From the NCBI RefSeq assembly GCF_006345805.1, contig NC_042997.1, forward strand, positions 9,920,001-9,984,000: a stretch of 64,000 nt of DNA, read 5' to 3'. Positions 13,393 to 27,600 of the stretch are shown piece by piece. A program made the position numbers and the translations under genes. This DNA comes from Octopus sinensis. Its lineage: Eukaryota. The number at the start of each line of letters is the position of its first letter. The first letter of the stretch is position 1. The notes under the pieces are model-generated. The model did not search any database. It was given only the letters and a program-made list of their open reading frames with translations, and was not told the DNA's origin.

Positions 13393-14269
13393 GAGAAGAG
13401 CCTAGCCTAGCGGATAACTTACAGTCGTCTGTTGACTGTTGTCATGTGTCTGTACCAGCACATTTTTTAAATATATAACTTTTTAAAACTAAACATTTAA
13501 ATACATGTATGGACGGCACTCTGTATTTGTTGGAAGAATTATCTTTACATATGAATGCCTATTCTACAGTTACCCATTCGTTCTTGAAGAACAAGTGGTG
13601 CTTGTTTCCATAGCTAAGTCCGGTTAATTGCATAAAGCGTAATTAAATGTCTGACGCAAGAGAAGTAAAGTCTGGTGTATCACGTATGATTTCTATCTTT
13701 GTGCAATCCTGATTTAAAGTAACGATATTTAGATGCGCAATACTATCAAATAATTTATTATTTATTAATACATGCCAATGTCTCAAGCTGCAAACTAGTG
13801 TCATCCATCGAGTATATAACCAGTGGGAAATATTATAGCATACGTAGAGTAATGAGAAACCTTGAGTCGTCTCTATGATAACTGAAAAGAAAAAAAAGCA
13901 ATAGTAATATTTAGATGATTTCTTCCTAAACAAACAGAAATACTTGTCCAAACTAAATAGCTTTCCCGCTTTAATATATATCATTAATATATACCACTTG
14001 GATGGACGAAACTCGGAAGCCTACTGTGTTGTAACGATATTACGAATGTCTGGTTTACAGTAGATGCTTGGCAAGCTTCTCTCAAGTAGTTTTCCGGCAT
14101 TTCCTTCCAAGGTGTTTTAAGGCCTCTGCAATATGAGCTATTGTTTATAAAGGGATAGCAATTTAAGATGACTTGTTTACAGTCGACACATTTACATATT
14201 TCTTGATGCTGGCATTGCTAAGATTGGTACACACACATATATACGAAAGAAAGAGGCACACAACACATT

Positions 14270-14824
14270 TAGTTGGAGTTGCACTATTACTTAAAGCAGT
14301 TTGATTCGGACCCATGCAACTTAAAATCCCCAAAGACAGATACAGGTCAGTGGTTATGGATGCAGGGAAGTGACTAGAAGATAGAAACAGAAGCACGTAC
14401 ATGCACAACAAAAAAAAAACACAAACACTGAGCACAAGCTATGTGAAATGCAGAATTCATAAGACAACTACGAGCAACAAATGCAGGATATCGGCGGGTG
14501 GGTTGAAACAGTATGGCGCATCGTTAGTGAATGCAAAAGATTGACACAACGTGAATTCAATAGGCAGCATAACGATGTGGTAAGCATAATCCATTGGAGT
14601 ATTCAGAGCTTTACTCTTTTACTTGTTTCAGTCATTTGACTGTGGCCATGCTGGAGCACCGCCTTTAGTCAAGCAAATCGACCCCAGGACTTATTCTTTG
14701 GAAACCTAGTACTTATTCTATCGCCCTCTTTTGCCGAATCGCTAAGTTACGGGGATGTAAACACACCACAATCGGTTTTCAAGCGATGCTGGGGACAAAT
14801 ACAGACATACAAACATATGCACAC

Positions 14825-14915
<91 letters not shown>

Positions 14916-15581
14916 TACGACAGTTTATTTCAGTTTCCGTCTATCAAATCCACTCACAAGGCTTTGGCCAGTACCATGGGCAAGAAGACACTTGCCCAAG
15001 GTGTCACGCAGTGGGAATGAATCCGGAACCATGTGGTAGGTAAGCAGGCTACTTACCACACAACCACCCCTGCGCCTAAAAAGTGTAATTGACGTCGCCG
15101 GTAGGATTTGTGGAAATTATGGCCAAGAAAGATCAAAGACAGAAGTTATTGAGAATGAGGATTGCAAAATCCCGTGGGATGCAAAGATTCACTGTAACCA
15201 TCAGTTTATGCTTAGAAAATAGCTGTAATGAACAGAAAAGAAAATAAAAATCATGCCTGATAATTCACATAACATGTCCTTATGACAATAGGATTAAACA
15301 GAAAGAAGGAAAAGTGAACAACTATAATAAATTGAAGTGAAAATTACGCGGGTTGTGAGCAATGAAGAAAGTGGACGTGATATCAATAGTGATTGGCTCA
15401 AACGGGAGTATCAGTAGCTAAAAAGTTTGGAGCACCTACAAAAATCATCATGGCTTGGAATTGTAAGAGTCTTCCTCAGGGTTCTTGAAGTATGACTAAT
15501 AAACAAGTGTCAGCTTGGACAGTGGACAGTTGACACTTTCCATCATACCCAACAAAATACGGCTGAGATTTTTCATTATGC
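14270..15581 (+). mobile_element. R4/Dong-type (restriction-like endonuclease) non-LTR retroelement, 3' part, interrupted by a SINE
   Basis: WLWMQGSD*KIETEA; YVKCRIHKT..KCR..ETVWRIVSEC..QHNDV (decayed CCHC); IENEDCKIPWD..IHITCPYD..VISIVIGSNG (RLE); followed by (AAT)n. Confidence 0.8.
14609..15078 (-). mobile_element. SINE family A nested in the R4-type element
   Basis: Full head-to-tail reverse complement with internal (TA)n. Confidence 0.92.
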
Positions 15582-15595
15582 AATAATAATAATGA

Positions 15596-15629
<34 letters not shown>

Positions 15630-15822
15630 TGTAGTGATAGCAACAACAAAAACAACAACATTTTAAGTGAATGCAGTATTCTAAAACAAAAGGAGTATAA
15701 GCTAAGCGCAGACATGACTGTGTAAGCAAAAGAGAGCATTGGGATGTTAGATGGATTTAAAACTAAAATAGCATACATTGACGAAATAATGAATAAATGT
15801 ATGCGTATATATAGACATATAA

Positions 15823-15867
<45 letters not shown>

Positions 15868-15880
15868 TGTGTGTATATAG

Positions 15881-15939
<59 letters not shown>

Positions 15940-16089
15940 CACTCCATCTACCGTATCAATCATTATATATATAATATATATATGCATATATAAGCATTAT
16001 GGATACAGGACGTCACCAACAGTAAACAACAGGATATATGAAAACAAATGAGTTATATACGCAAATAACGAGAGAAAAAATAGAAAGCA

Positions 16090-16575
16090 AGACAAGTTAT
16101 ATTGTAAGACAAGCAATTTGTAAAGAGCCAGTTTTGTGTTGTTATATATATGACGTTGACGCCAAAGATGTGACTCCAAACCACCAAATGCTTGGGCTGC
16201 CCATTGAATTCGCAGATGTATTTCTGTATCCAGATTTCCATCATTTTTACTGAGCTTCCAAGATAGATGAAAGAGTCGTTAACCTCAAGCAGCTTACCTT
16301 TAGCGAAAATTTTAGTGAGGATTGCAAACAGAACCACGTGCAGGTTGAAACATTACAACTGCTTTTTTTTCCAGTTGACGGTCAATCCAAAATCATCACA
16401 AGCTGAATCAAATGCAGATACAATACAAGAGATAACAGGCCCTTTTCAGAGTGACTGACTAGATCGTATTCGTCACCGAATAAGAGTTCTCTAATGATTG
16501 AAGAAGTAAAAACCTGTTTTTAATTTCAGTATGGTCAGATTAAAAATATTCCCCTTCGTTCGATATTTTATGTAA
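16090..16575 (-). mobile_element. RTE LINE RT segment (motif FADD to YLGS)
   Basis: IKYRTKGNIFNL..IIRELLFGDEYDLVSHSE..FDSACDDFGLTVN..KLLEVNDSFIYLGS..TKLALYKLLVL. Confidence 0.8.
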
Positions 16576-16584
16576 ATACTTTAA

Positions 16585-18025
16585 GCAACTTCTGGAGAGG
16601 CCTATCTGAGGGTCAGCTTGTGAATCTGGAGTTAGGTTTGTTTTCAAGAATTCATTAGTATTCTCTATTGCAGAATTTCCAAATGGTCTATCTGAACGAA
16701 CCATGTCATGCTGTATAAAATTGACAAAAGGTAGGTATCTTACAGATGTCAGTATTTATGCACTTACAATGTCTCTTTCTGATGAAACTGTAGGATAGTT
16801 TTATGATGATCTAGCACAATTATCGAGGAAAGTACCAATTTCTGACAAGCAAGTCATGTTGGGAGATTTCAAGGCAAGAGTTGGAAATGACTACATTTTA
16901 TGGCTTGTTTTAGGCTGACATGGGATTGGAGAATGTAATACAAATGGAATAGCTCTTCTGACGTTTTGTACTGAGAATAATCCGGTTGTTACTAACACTC
17001 TGTTTAAGCAGAAAAATCAATATAAAACCACTTAGATGCACCCATAATCTAATGACTGGCATCTTATAGATTATATTTTTATCAGAAAGTGTGATATGAA
17101 AGATGTTCCTAGTGTAGGGGTCATGTGACGAATAGAGAGCTGGACTGACCATCATCTAGTGCGTGGAAAAATGAATTTTTGGATAATACTTAAAAGTCGC
17201 TAGTCTGGTCCTAAGTTACCCAAAAAGTTATATGTCACAAACTTCAAATTATCAAGCAAAGATTTCACGACGCTGTAGAAAGTATAAATCTTGATCCGAA
17301 CAATCTATGGACAGATTTCAAAACAAAAGTATTGCAGGCTGCAAGCTCTTCAATGGGATTTAAATTTCCTAATTCCAGCGACTCGTTTTCAGACAAATCT
17401 CCCAAAATTCATGATCTACTTTTAGTAAAACAAAACTTAGGCAATACATATCCTTCTCATTTCTTCAACTCCAACTAAAATGATGCTTGCAGAAAGCTGA
17501 AAGGGAAAGTGCACGCTACTCTAGGGAAAATTAAACAGGAACGGTGGATTGACAGGGAAAAAGGGGTGTAAGCAGTAACTGATAGAAATGATGCCAAGAG
17601 CTTGTACTCTTATATTTAGGCGGTATGTGGCCCAAAGTTTTCTTCAATAATTCCAATGAGAACAGCAAATGGACATTTGCATTTGACTGACACAGCTTCC
17701 ATTCATAAGCACTGGGTAGAACATTTTTCTGCACTTTTGAATAGATCATCATCCATTGAAAAAATCGAATACAGAACTGAAGAAGTGCCTCAAGACTTGA
17801 TTGATACCATTTTAGTCTCCTTGTATAAACCGGGGCCAAAAGATGTGTGGTAATTTTCGTGAGATTTCACTTTTGTCTGTAGTTGGGAAGGTACTTGTAC
17901 GCATTCCGTTAGAACGTTTAAATACCTTCATAGTTCCATTCCAAATTTGGTGTCTGTGTATCAATGTGGTTTTCCATCCTCCAAAGGCACAGTTGATTGT
18001 ATCTTTACTATCAGACAGTTGCCCT
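16585..18025 (+). mobile_element. RTE LINE APE endonuclease to early RT
   Basis: FWRG; SIYALT; VMLGDFKARVG; HGIGECNTNG; LIDYIF; WTDHHLV; WVEHFSALLN; NFREISLLSVVGKVL; GTVDCIFTIRQL. Confidence 0.88.
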
Positions 18026-18054
18026 CCCCAGTAGTTATTTTTAAAAGATTTCAA

Positions 18055-18322
18055 TCGTTATCGTCTCATTTGCCGAAACGCTAAGTTACAGGGACAAAGA
18101 CGAAAAAACAATATCGGTTAACAAGAGACAGTGAGGAACGACCACAAGGATACACACATATATGTGTATTAAATGTGTATGCAACGAGTTTCTTTCAGTT
18201 TCTGTTACTAAATCCACATATAATATTTTGGTCGGCCCAGGTATATAACTTGCAGAGGGAGTGAACCCGGAACTATGAGGTAGAAAAGTAAAATTCTTAT
18301 CAGACATCCACACTTGCGCCCA
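18055..18322 (-). mobile_element. Old SINE family A copy
   Basis: Degenerate similarity to family A head and body. Confidence 0.7.
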
Positions 18323-20313
18323 TATACGCACGCATTTGTACAGAGATAGATATGGATATAGATAGAAAGATAGAGAGAGGTAGATGGAGAGAGAGAAAGA
18401 GAGAGAGGGAGAGGGAGAGAGATGTGCATAAATAAATTTTCAGGTCTACTGTGATATATTATATAGAATGATGTACTGGAAGCAAATGTCATCAAATGGC
18501 GGCGAATGTAAAGGGGTTATTAGTCAACAAAGACAGATTTCTATAGAATCAAAGATGGGGTGTACTACAATAAGAATGTAAGGAATTAACAACAAAAGCT
18601 GTTATCTTTTAGTTGCACGTTGCAGTCAATTGTTTGAAATGAGATCCACTAAGGTGACATATATTGTTTTCCTACCCAACTCTTTTCTGTTTCATAAATG
18701 TGAGAACTGAATCATTCAACAGTTAATAAAACACGTATTATCTATTATTTGAGACAGCATATTCACAACTCCCAGATATTTTTTCTCTTCTTTCTTAAGT
18801 AACCTGTTAAATTTTCCATATCGTGCTATATTCTATAACATGACTATAAGGTGGAAGAATGTTGACTTTCAACCCTTATACATACCAAAGGAAACGCCTC
18901 CGCTGGCATCTACGTATCTGCGTCCTTTCCTTCTACAGTGAACTTCAAGTATAACTTACATCAAGAATATTATGAAAACATTATATAGGAATTAGCAGCT
19001 GTATTCAAGTGCCGAATTGTATTTCAGCTGAGGCCTTAAATGATGAACAAAAGAGAAAATATATTAGCTGCCTATTTAAAAGAGAAATAAAACATTGCAA
19101 AATATTATGTGGTACCTTTTCAGAAAGCTATTACCAGGAATTATCCGCGTGTATACATTTACATGTATCTCCTAATTTACACTTACTTTTTCTATCTTTA
19201 GTAGTAATATTTTATTACATTTTACTACTTGCACAAGCATGAAGGTATTTGTTTACGCCAAGAAACCATTTATGCAAACGTGCTTGCAACAGACACATCA
19301 ATAGAGTGTTCTAGTGACACATTGTGTCAGTTCAGCTGTCTATAACAAGAACATCCTTCCAACGGAAAGAGACCCCATTAAAATAACGAGTAGATGAACC
19401 ACAATTATGTAGTAAATTTTTGAAAGATCAGATGAACATGTTTTTTTTTAATCTACATTTTATTGAAATTTTCCTTTCTGCAATTTAACCGAGATAAAGA
19501 CATTATATCCACAACCATCGCGATACCCTTGGGACAGAGGTCAAATCGATACGTTGGAGTATGTAATTAGATTACAAAGTGAGGATACTCTTGACTGTCA
19601 TAGATCACTGTATAGGATACATTAAGAGCAGAAACAGACATTTGGAGTAAACTTCGGAAGAGTTGGTATGCAAATAGATTAGTACAAAAATCAATAATTG
19701 TTGAAAGACTGTAGGAAAACAAATTGTGAAAAAAAAAGGTAACACGTCTGTGGGTTAGATGCTGATGTGGTTTGTGAATAAATCGAACTGGGTGGATTTT
19801 TTTTTGCATGCACTCTATGATAGTTATATGTTTTTGGCAGTGACAAAGACCCAGATTTAGGGTCATTATTCCACTGTGGGTCCTACTTAACGTTTGTTCG
19901 ATATCGTATGTTATGGATCTGAATCGAAAGACTAGTCTTCAAGACACAAAACAAAACTGTTTTTGTGTTAATTTGCTAAAGCTATTAATGTGCTTTCACT
20001 AGGATTGTTTGTGGAGTTTAAAATATACTATCGACATTGAAAGTTTTAATTGAGGTAGTGCAAGGTTTGAATATAAAATAGAGAATGTCGGTCAGGAAAC
20101 ACATATCGTGTACTTACAGTTGCGGTTGTTGTTAAGGTGTAGCTCTAAAATCAGCTCTGTTCGAAGAAATCCATGCTTCAAAATATGGTGGCAAAACAAG
20201 GTTTGGTAATCATAGTTAGATATGTGATGGCTCCGCATAGAGGAGGATTCTACTTCACAATCCAATAAGTAGTGATGAATCGTATGGAGTGCAAGATGAT
20301 AATATAAGCATTT

Positions 20314-20560
20314 TATTAGGTTTGCAACTAAGTTCCTGCCGTTTTTTTTAATTCAAATTTTTTAAAAGGTTTAATAAAAAAAACAACTAATAAATTAATA
20401 ATGTATTCAATTTATTGTTTACAACTTCTTCCCAAAGTTAAAGAAGATTTTCAATACCTCATTGGTAGAAATCACCCGATTTCGATTCGGAAAATTGATC
20501 CATTCAAGCTCTCAATTCTGCATCAGTGTGAACGAAACTCAGCGCATAGTATTTGACACT
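20314..20560 (-). mobile_element. mariner 3' fragment with TIR
   Basis: TATTAGGTTTGCAACTAAGTTCC terminus; minus-strand WMDQFSESKSGDFYQ*GIENL..WEEVVNN. Confidence 0.75.
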
Positions 20561-20951
20561 TAATTATAATTGGCCGAATCGACTTAGCTGTAAATTGCTA
20601 CAAGTTGACACCACTCAATAATGTAATGGAATACTTCACCATAACCTTGATAATGATAAGTCGTGGGAGTTTCATGATATGATATTGATGAGTGAGTTTA
20701 AATCTATCCTACAATTATGGTTTTGATATGAGTAGTTCGTGTTAGTCAGCCTTCTCCGAAATATCTATATTTTGCAGGAAGGCAATACACTTAGTTTAAA
20801 TAGAGAAACAATTAAATTATAGAGATAGAAAGATTTAACATTGTGGAGAATTAACCAACTGGTTATTTTATTCTAAAAATGATGTAGCTACGTTTACTTG
20901 ATAAAACGAATAATGGTGTAGGTGTTTTATATATATATATATATGTATATA

Positions 20952-21258
20952 TCACCGTGGCCTCCGTGACGTACCAGGCTATCAGATGTTGTTACATATC
21001 GCTGGTCACAATGCGCTTCGCATTGTTTTAGCCTTCAAATGACACCACCACGCTGGCGAAGCGAGTAGGCCAATAGAAGAAAGAGTGAGAGAAAGTTGTG
21101 GTGAAAGAGAACAGCAGGGATCACCACCACCCCTGCCGGAACCTCGTGGAGCTTTAGGTGTTTTCGCTCAATAAACACTCACAACGCCCGGTCTAGGAAT
21201 CGAAACCGCGATCCTACAACCGCGAGTCCGTTGCCTAACCACTGGGCCATTGCGCCTT
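20952..21258 (-). mobile_element. SINE family B, tail type 2
   Basis: Reverse complement of the family B head and core with a different tail. Confidence 0.9.
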
Positions 21259-21291
21259 TATATATATATAATATATAATATATATATATAT

Positions 21292-21443
21292 CGGCAGGGG
21301 TGGTGGTGATCCCTGCTGTTCTCTTTCACCACAACTTTCTCTCACTCTTTCTTCTATTGGCCTACTCGCTTCGCCACGTGGTGGTGTCATTTGAAGGCTA
21401 AAACAATGCGAAGCGCATTGTGACCAGCGATATGTAACAACAT
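21292..21443 (+). repeat. Inverted duplication of 20986-21138
   Basis: 152 bp identical to the reverse complement except for one 1-nt indel; bounded by (TA)n runs. Confidence 0.92.
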
Positions 21444-21466
21444 ATATATATATATTGTCTCGAATA

Positions 21467-21554
<88 letters not shown>

Positions 21555-21699
21555 AATACATACACACACATAGCTTTTAATTGTTTCGTTCATTACACTG
21601 CGGCATGCTGGGGCGCCTCATGAAATATATTGAATAAATGAGTTTTTTTCTCAAATGATCAACTGTGAAATGTCGGACTGATTCCATTTCTCTCCACAG

Positions 21700-22400
21700 C
21701 AAACGGACTTATCAAATCTCATGCATACTTAAAGATAAGTATGTATACATTCTTGAAGGAACGATTCCCAATTTCTTCTCGCTATAACAGTGGGCTGGTA
21801 GCTTAGTCCAGTCATTCGCATGATGGTTCAGAAATTTGTTCTTTAATTATTGCTCTTATAATGCCTAATGTTTGTATTTTTGCAATTTCATGACTCTGTT
21901 TTAATTTCAAATATCATCAGGTACAACTTTAGCTTTCATCTACATTGAGTTAGTAAAATAATATGTAAAATTCACTTCAGTCATGTATACTCCTTCTCTC
22001 CAGTCTTTTGTCCTTGTGTCAATAAGAGAAATCTGTTGTCGAATGACTACGTTGGGACAAGTATGAAGAAAAGGATTATAATACTTAGGTACAGATACTT
22101 ACTCTTTCTGCTCACACCTCATAGAAGTCGAATTTATTTTTCATCATTATTGCTGTATATTAGGAAAAACCATCTAGAATTCTATTTTAAGAGGTCACTG
22201 TATATTGTAAGGTTTGGAGAAGCGATTGCAGATTATAGAGCTTGGAGAAGGGATTTTCTTAGTAAAGCAGCAATAAGAAGAGGCAAATATGTCCACGTTG
22301 TTCGACAAGCCTGGGTTGCGGAACATCCTGACGCGTGTCGTGTTTATTGCTTTGATGAAAATAAACTACCAGAACTCAGTCGATCTTCTATATGTTTGCC
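21700..22400 (+). mobile_element. Old RTE LINE 3' fragment
   Basis: SYNA, NFSFHLH, SVMYT, LGQV, FKRSL, EAIADYRAWRR occur in the order expected for an RTE C-terminus. Confidence 0.5.
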
Positions 22401-23180
22401 AATGATTCTTTCTTTGCAAAATATATGACTTCGAGCTAATGCAACAAAACCATTATTATTGTTAACAAGGTTATTATTTATTTGTAAAGGTTACAAATGT
22501 ATCACAAATTCACTATAACATTAAAAAGTGAAAGATTTCAAGCAAAACTTTAAGCAATTACTAACTTTTAAAACTCTATTTTGTGAAAAAAAAAATAAAA
22601 ATATACAATTAAATGCAGAGAAAGTATATATTTTTCCTTAAATTTTCGTATCTGCTTTCATTTTTTTTTTATTAAAATTTTATTATACGAAAGAAATTTT
22701 GCTAAAAAAAAATACCAGAAAAACAATGAGCAATAAATAACCTCTATCCATATTGAATGGAAGGATTTCGACGAAGGAATGAAGATATAAAACTCATAAA
22801 TAGAGGATATGCTTTGCAACCTTTAAGAATGTTTTCAAAAAGGAACATAAATAAAAAAGAAAATAGCTTGTCGAAATCAGTAAATACGAGGAGTTAATAG
22901 GAAAATACAGATAGGTAAATAGATAGATAAAAAGATACGAAGATTAGTGCGTGTAAATATGCATACATGCACAAACGTACATTCACATACACATGTATGT
23001 CTTACGAATCACCAGTTATTCAGTTGCTTCCACTTATCTATATAGCTGCGTGAATGTGCATGAATGTGTATGAGAGTGTATATCCGTGTGTAGTGAATCA
23101 TACATTATTCAGTTACATATGTGTATGCTAGTTTGTATATATGAATGTATATACTTCCACGGACACTTACAATAGGGATT

Positions 23181-23605
<425 letters not shown>

Positions 23606-23844
23606 CGTAATAATAAAATAACATACAAGATAATAAGAAGGCAATAATTTCGGAATTCCATTTTTCCCACAGATATTTCAGAGTTTATTTTGTTCCTCAG
23701 TCTAACCATCCAATTTTATTTCACCAAATTTTTAGTTTTCCTGCTTCTTGCCATTTTCATATTTTTCTCTCTGTATAGAGTGAACAAAATAAGTATGTGT
23801 GGAAATTTACCGGATACATCTGTGTATATTTTTATGAGTTATGA

Positions 23845-23974
23845 GTGTCTGTATGTATGTATGTATGTATGTATGTATGCATGTATGTATGTATGTATGT
23901 ATGTATGTATGTATGTATGCATGTATGTATGTATGTATGTATGTATGTATGTTGTATGTATGTATGTATGTATG

Positions 23975-24008
<34 letters not shown>

Positions 24009-24055
24009 ATATATTATATATATATATATATATATACATACATATATATATATAT
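23845..24055. repeat. (TATG)n-(TA)n microsatellite
   Basis: Direct reading. Confidence 0.95.
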
Positions 24056-25043
24056 GTTTCTCGATAGTTTATCTACTTCGGAAAAATTTTCTTCTTCCCT
24101 ATACATCCTATTGTCTTCCCTCTCTCTCCCTCTCTTTCTCTCTCTACCTTCCTCTTCTTTGTCAGAAATACACATTAACTATTTCTCTTTAAAATGATAT
24201 ACAGATGAATGTCTGTATTCATATATATTTTTGAATGTAAACACGTGCAGGCACACACACACACACACACACACACATACATGCATACAAACATGTGTGA
24301 GTATTTGTATGGACTTGAGGTTCGTGTGTCTTTGTATCTGTGTTCGTATAATAAAGTATTCACTTTATGTATATAAATATACGATTAATGTAGCACAGTG
24401 CATATAGATGCATTTTGAGAGAAAATATGACAGAAAGAGTGTGTAGCAGAATAAGACAGAAAAAATCGATAGAAAGCTAGTAAAGAAAGATGGGATTTAG
24501 ACATGGATGCCACGGCATGATCTCAAAGGACCATACAAATATCGACTTAAATGTAGAGTAAAATTGTTGGGCAATGAAAGAAACAAGTAGTTTTCTTTCC
24601 ACGTAAATTTTTGCTTCCATTTTACATGCACTCTGGATCACAAGACGCTCCACTCTAAGAATAATTTTCCATGTTGACATCATATGAGTAACGTATGATA
24701 TGTATGTATGTATGTATGTATGTATGTTTATATATTTATAAATATAATATATATTAATGTGTTTATGTGTATTTGTACGAATGTATGTAAGTGGATACAC
24801 GTTAATGCATATTCCATGCACAAGAAAAATATCATCTATTAATTTTTATGTGTGTATGTGTGTGTATGTGTGTTTAAATCTATATATACATGTAAAAGTA
24901 CGCATGCATGCACATTCTGACTGAATAAGGAGAAAACTGGCTATAGTTTCATTTTAAGTTTCTTTAGAATCTATTAGAGTTTTTCAAAAATTGCAAATAT
25001 ATAATAGTTGTTGTTTATGTCAACAAGAAGATAACCATTATTA

Positions 25044-25298
25044 TATTCGATTGGTGCATAATTATTGCGGCTTGTTTCAGCAATTTTTATTCTACAAAAA
25101 CAATAACAACATGTAACAAAAACATCTTTAAATGATTATTCCGCAGCATATATACACCATCTACTTCAATTATTGCTTCCCATTTGCTTGGCAGACATTC
25201 AGACCGTCATTTAAAGATGTTTTTGTTGAATGTTGTTGTTGTTTTTGTTGAATAAAATTTGGTGAAAAAAACCGCAATAATTATGCACCAACCCAATA
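25044..25298. mobile_element. mariner-derived MITE with about 90-bp inverted arms
   Basis: Ends TATTCGATTGGTGCATAATTATTGCGG / CCGCAATAATTATGCACCAACCCAATA; spacer encodes LPSKWEAIIEVDGVY on the minus strand. Confidence 0.85.
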
Positions 25299-26679
25299 TT
25301 TATCATACTCAGAAAACTATTACACTTGCAAAACCGCCGATTCGCGAAATTGTGCATTTGGTTCATTTTATTTACATTTATACACATCTATAGCTATTTT
25401 GCTTTGAATTTTCAGAGTATTCATAAATATACATATACATACGCACATACTTACATAAATAAATATTCACATACAAATATGCATACAAATGTGAGTGAGA
25501 TTTGTGTGTGATGTGTATGTATGTATGCATATATGTATTTGTGTGTATGTATGAATGTATGTATGTGTGTGTGTATATGTGTGTATGTATGTATGCGTGT
25601 AGTTATGCATATATTGATAATCTTACTGTTAGTGAAATAAGAATGTAGAAACATTCTTTGTATACAACTGATGTGAAAGGAAATGAGAGAGCATCCTGAC
25701 GGACTGTTTCATGCTCTGGTAACTATTCGTCAGATATAACAGACACAGATTCCTTCTCCAATCAATAGCAAAGATCAGCTGCTTTATAAAGAAGTGTTTA
25801 AAGGAGTGAGAGTATATTTTATCCCTGTGATAATACAAAGAAAACATGTAGTGTTTACTTTGAATAGTTGTTTCATATCTTTCTCTGCAAGACAGTAATT
25901 GGTCAGTATCAGGTTTTGACCGTGTAGCTGTATACTGATTTATCTCAATTTTAAGTTTCTGCTGCTTTATCAGAATAAACAGCATAAATGTTCAGAGAAA
26001 CGTAAAGATGTTTGAACAAAATTTCTGAATTAGACGAAATTGTGGCAGGGGAAACTTTGAAAGTGGCCTGTTAATTGAGGTTTTTTATTAGAGAATCGAA
26101 TTGGAAAACATAACTTCAAAATCTAAATTACTGCTCATTGGCCTCGCAATATAGATACCCACAGATTCACTGCTTTCAATCTAAAGCATATCAATCTTCA
26201 AACCAGCCGCTATTATCAGCACACTCCCTTTTCACTTTATGTTTTAAGTCAAATTTGTAAATCCTTATGAAATATTTCATGTGTATCACGTAGTGAACTT
26301 TAAGAATTATCTGGATTTAGTGATTTTCAGCGATTACGTGAACGTGATATTCATAAGGTTCATTGTAGTCACATTGAAGTATTCTAAACTCAGCATGGAA
26401 ACGGTCCTTACTGTAAAAAAAATTAGGCTACAACTGTTTACAACTGTTTTACTGTGTAGTAAAACAGTTATACTCGTCTGTATTTTCATAATTATCTTCC
26501 AAATGTTCGGAAATATGACATATCTGATGGCAGACTACGAGATATTAAGAATTTAGTTTGCACAAATCACATTTCAAAGATGTGACAGAGATGTAAATAT
26601 ACTTAAGTATTAGACGAAGGAAATGAAATCAGTGAGCCTGTAGTATTGGTTTTTCTTAATAATGTGAGAAACAGAGAGT

Positions 26680-26758
26680 TTCTTCTTCTTCTTCTTCTTC
26701 TTCTTCTTCTTCTTCTTCTTCTTCTTCTTCTTCTTCTTCTTCTTCTTCTTCTTCTTCT
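26680..26758. repeat. (CTT)n microsatellite
   Basis: Direct reading. Confidence 0.95.
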
Positions 26759-26789
26759 CCTCATCTCCTCCCCTTCCTCATATTTCTTT

Positions 26790-27600
26790 TTCTTCTTCTG
26801 TGGTAGATTCTGTGAGAGCAAACAACAGCCTGGTGTCAGAATTCTCACAAGGTCTCTTTCCGCACATCATAAGTTTTGATACTAGTTTGTTAATTATCGT
26901 GGGAGATATTGAACCTCCAAATCTCAAAACCCTACCTGTGAGATATCTAACCTTCTGGTGACTACTAACTTTCCTGCATATACCAGTAAATAAGTATTCT
27001 ATATTTTTAGTATCTATCCTACCAATAGCAGAATCTACTTCCTTGTGATATACAGCAGCTTCCATCTGTTGGTATATTTTAATGCTGGTACTCTTTTTCT
27101 TTCTTCTTTACTCATTACTGCCTGCAACTCATCTAAAATCATTTAAGTCGCTGGTACCAGTTGCCCCTTCCTTATTGGTGGCGCTATTATTATTTTTTTC
27201 CTTTAGATTCTTCTTTAATTTAAACTGTATCTCTTATGTTGTTGTTTGTCTTTCCTACAGCTTGGTCCTTCTTATCCAGTTCTCTTGTGATCTCTTCTAC
27301 CTCCGTTTCTATCATCCACTTTCTTCTACTAATATCACAAGCTTGATCAACTAATCTCTGCTCCGTCACTTTAAACATATCATTCTCTACCCAAAGTGTT
27401 AACATCCGTTTTCCATATCACCTTCTTTTAGGTTCACTTCCTAAGTAGCACTAAATCACTATCCTGTTTTCTTCACTGGTCCACTCTCTCCTCCTTGCTC
27501 TATTATCTGATGATGCTGTATTAGAATAACAACTGTGGTCAGTCTGCATCTTTACTGAACCACTGCCGAGCATGAGGCCTTCCCTTAATGGTCCAGCTTC
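26790..27600 (-). mobile_element. R4/Dong-type element, N-terminal region
   Basis: RRREWTSEENRIVI*CYLGSEPKRR*YGKRMLTLW..TEQRLVDQA, typical of the R4-clade N-terminus. Confidence 0.7.

Noticed and set aside
20051-20075. TGAGGTAGT let-7-like start
   Set aside because: The match stops after 9 nt and there is no precursor hairpin
22036-22428. 130-aa ORF as a host exon
   Set aside because: Better explained as a decayed RTE C-terminus
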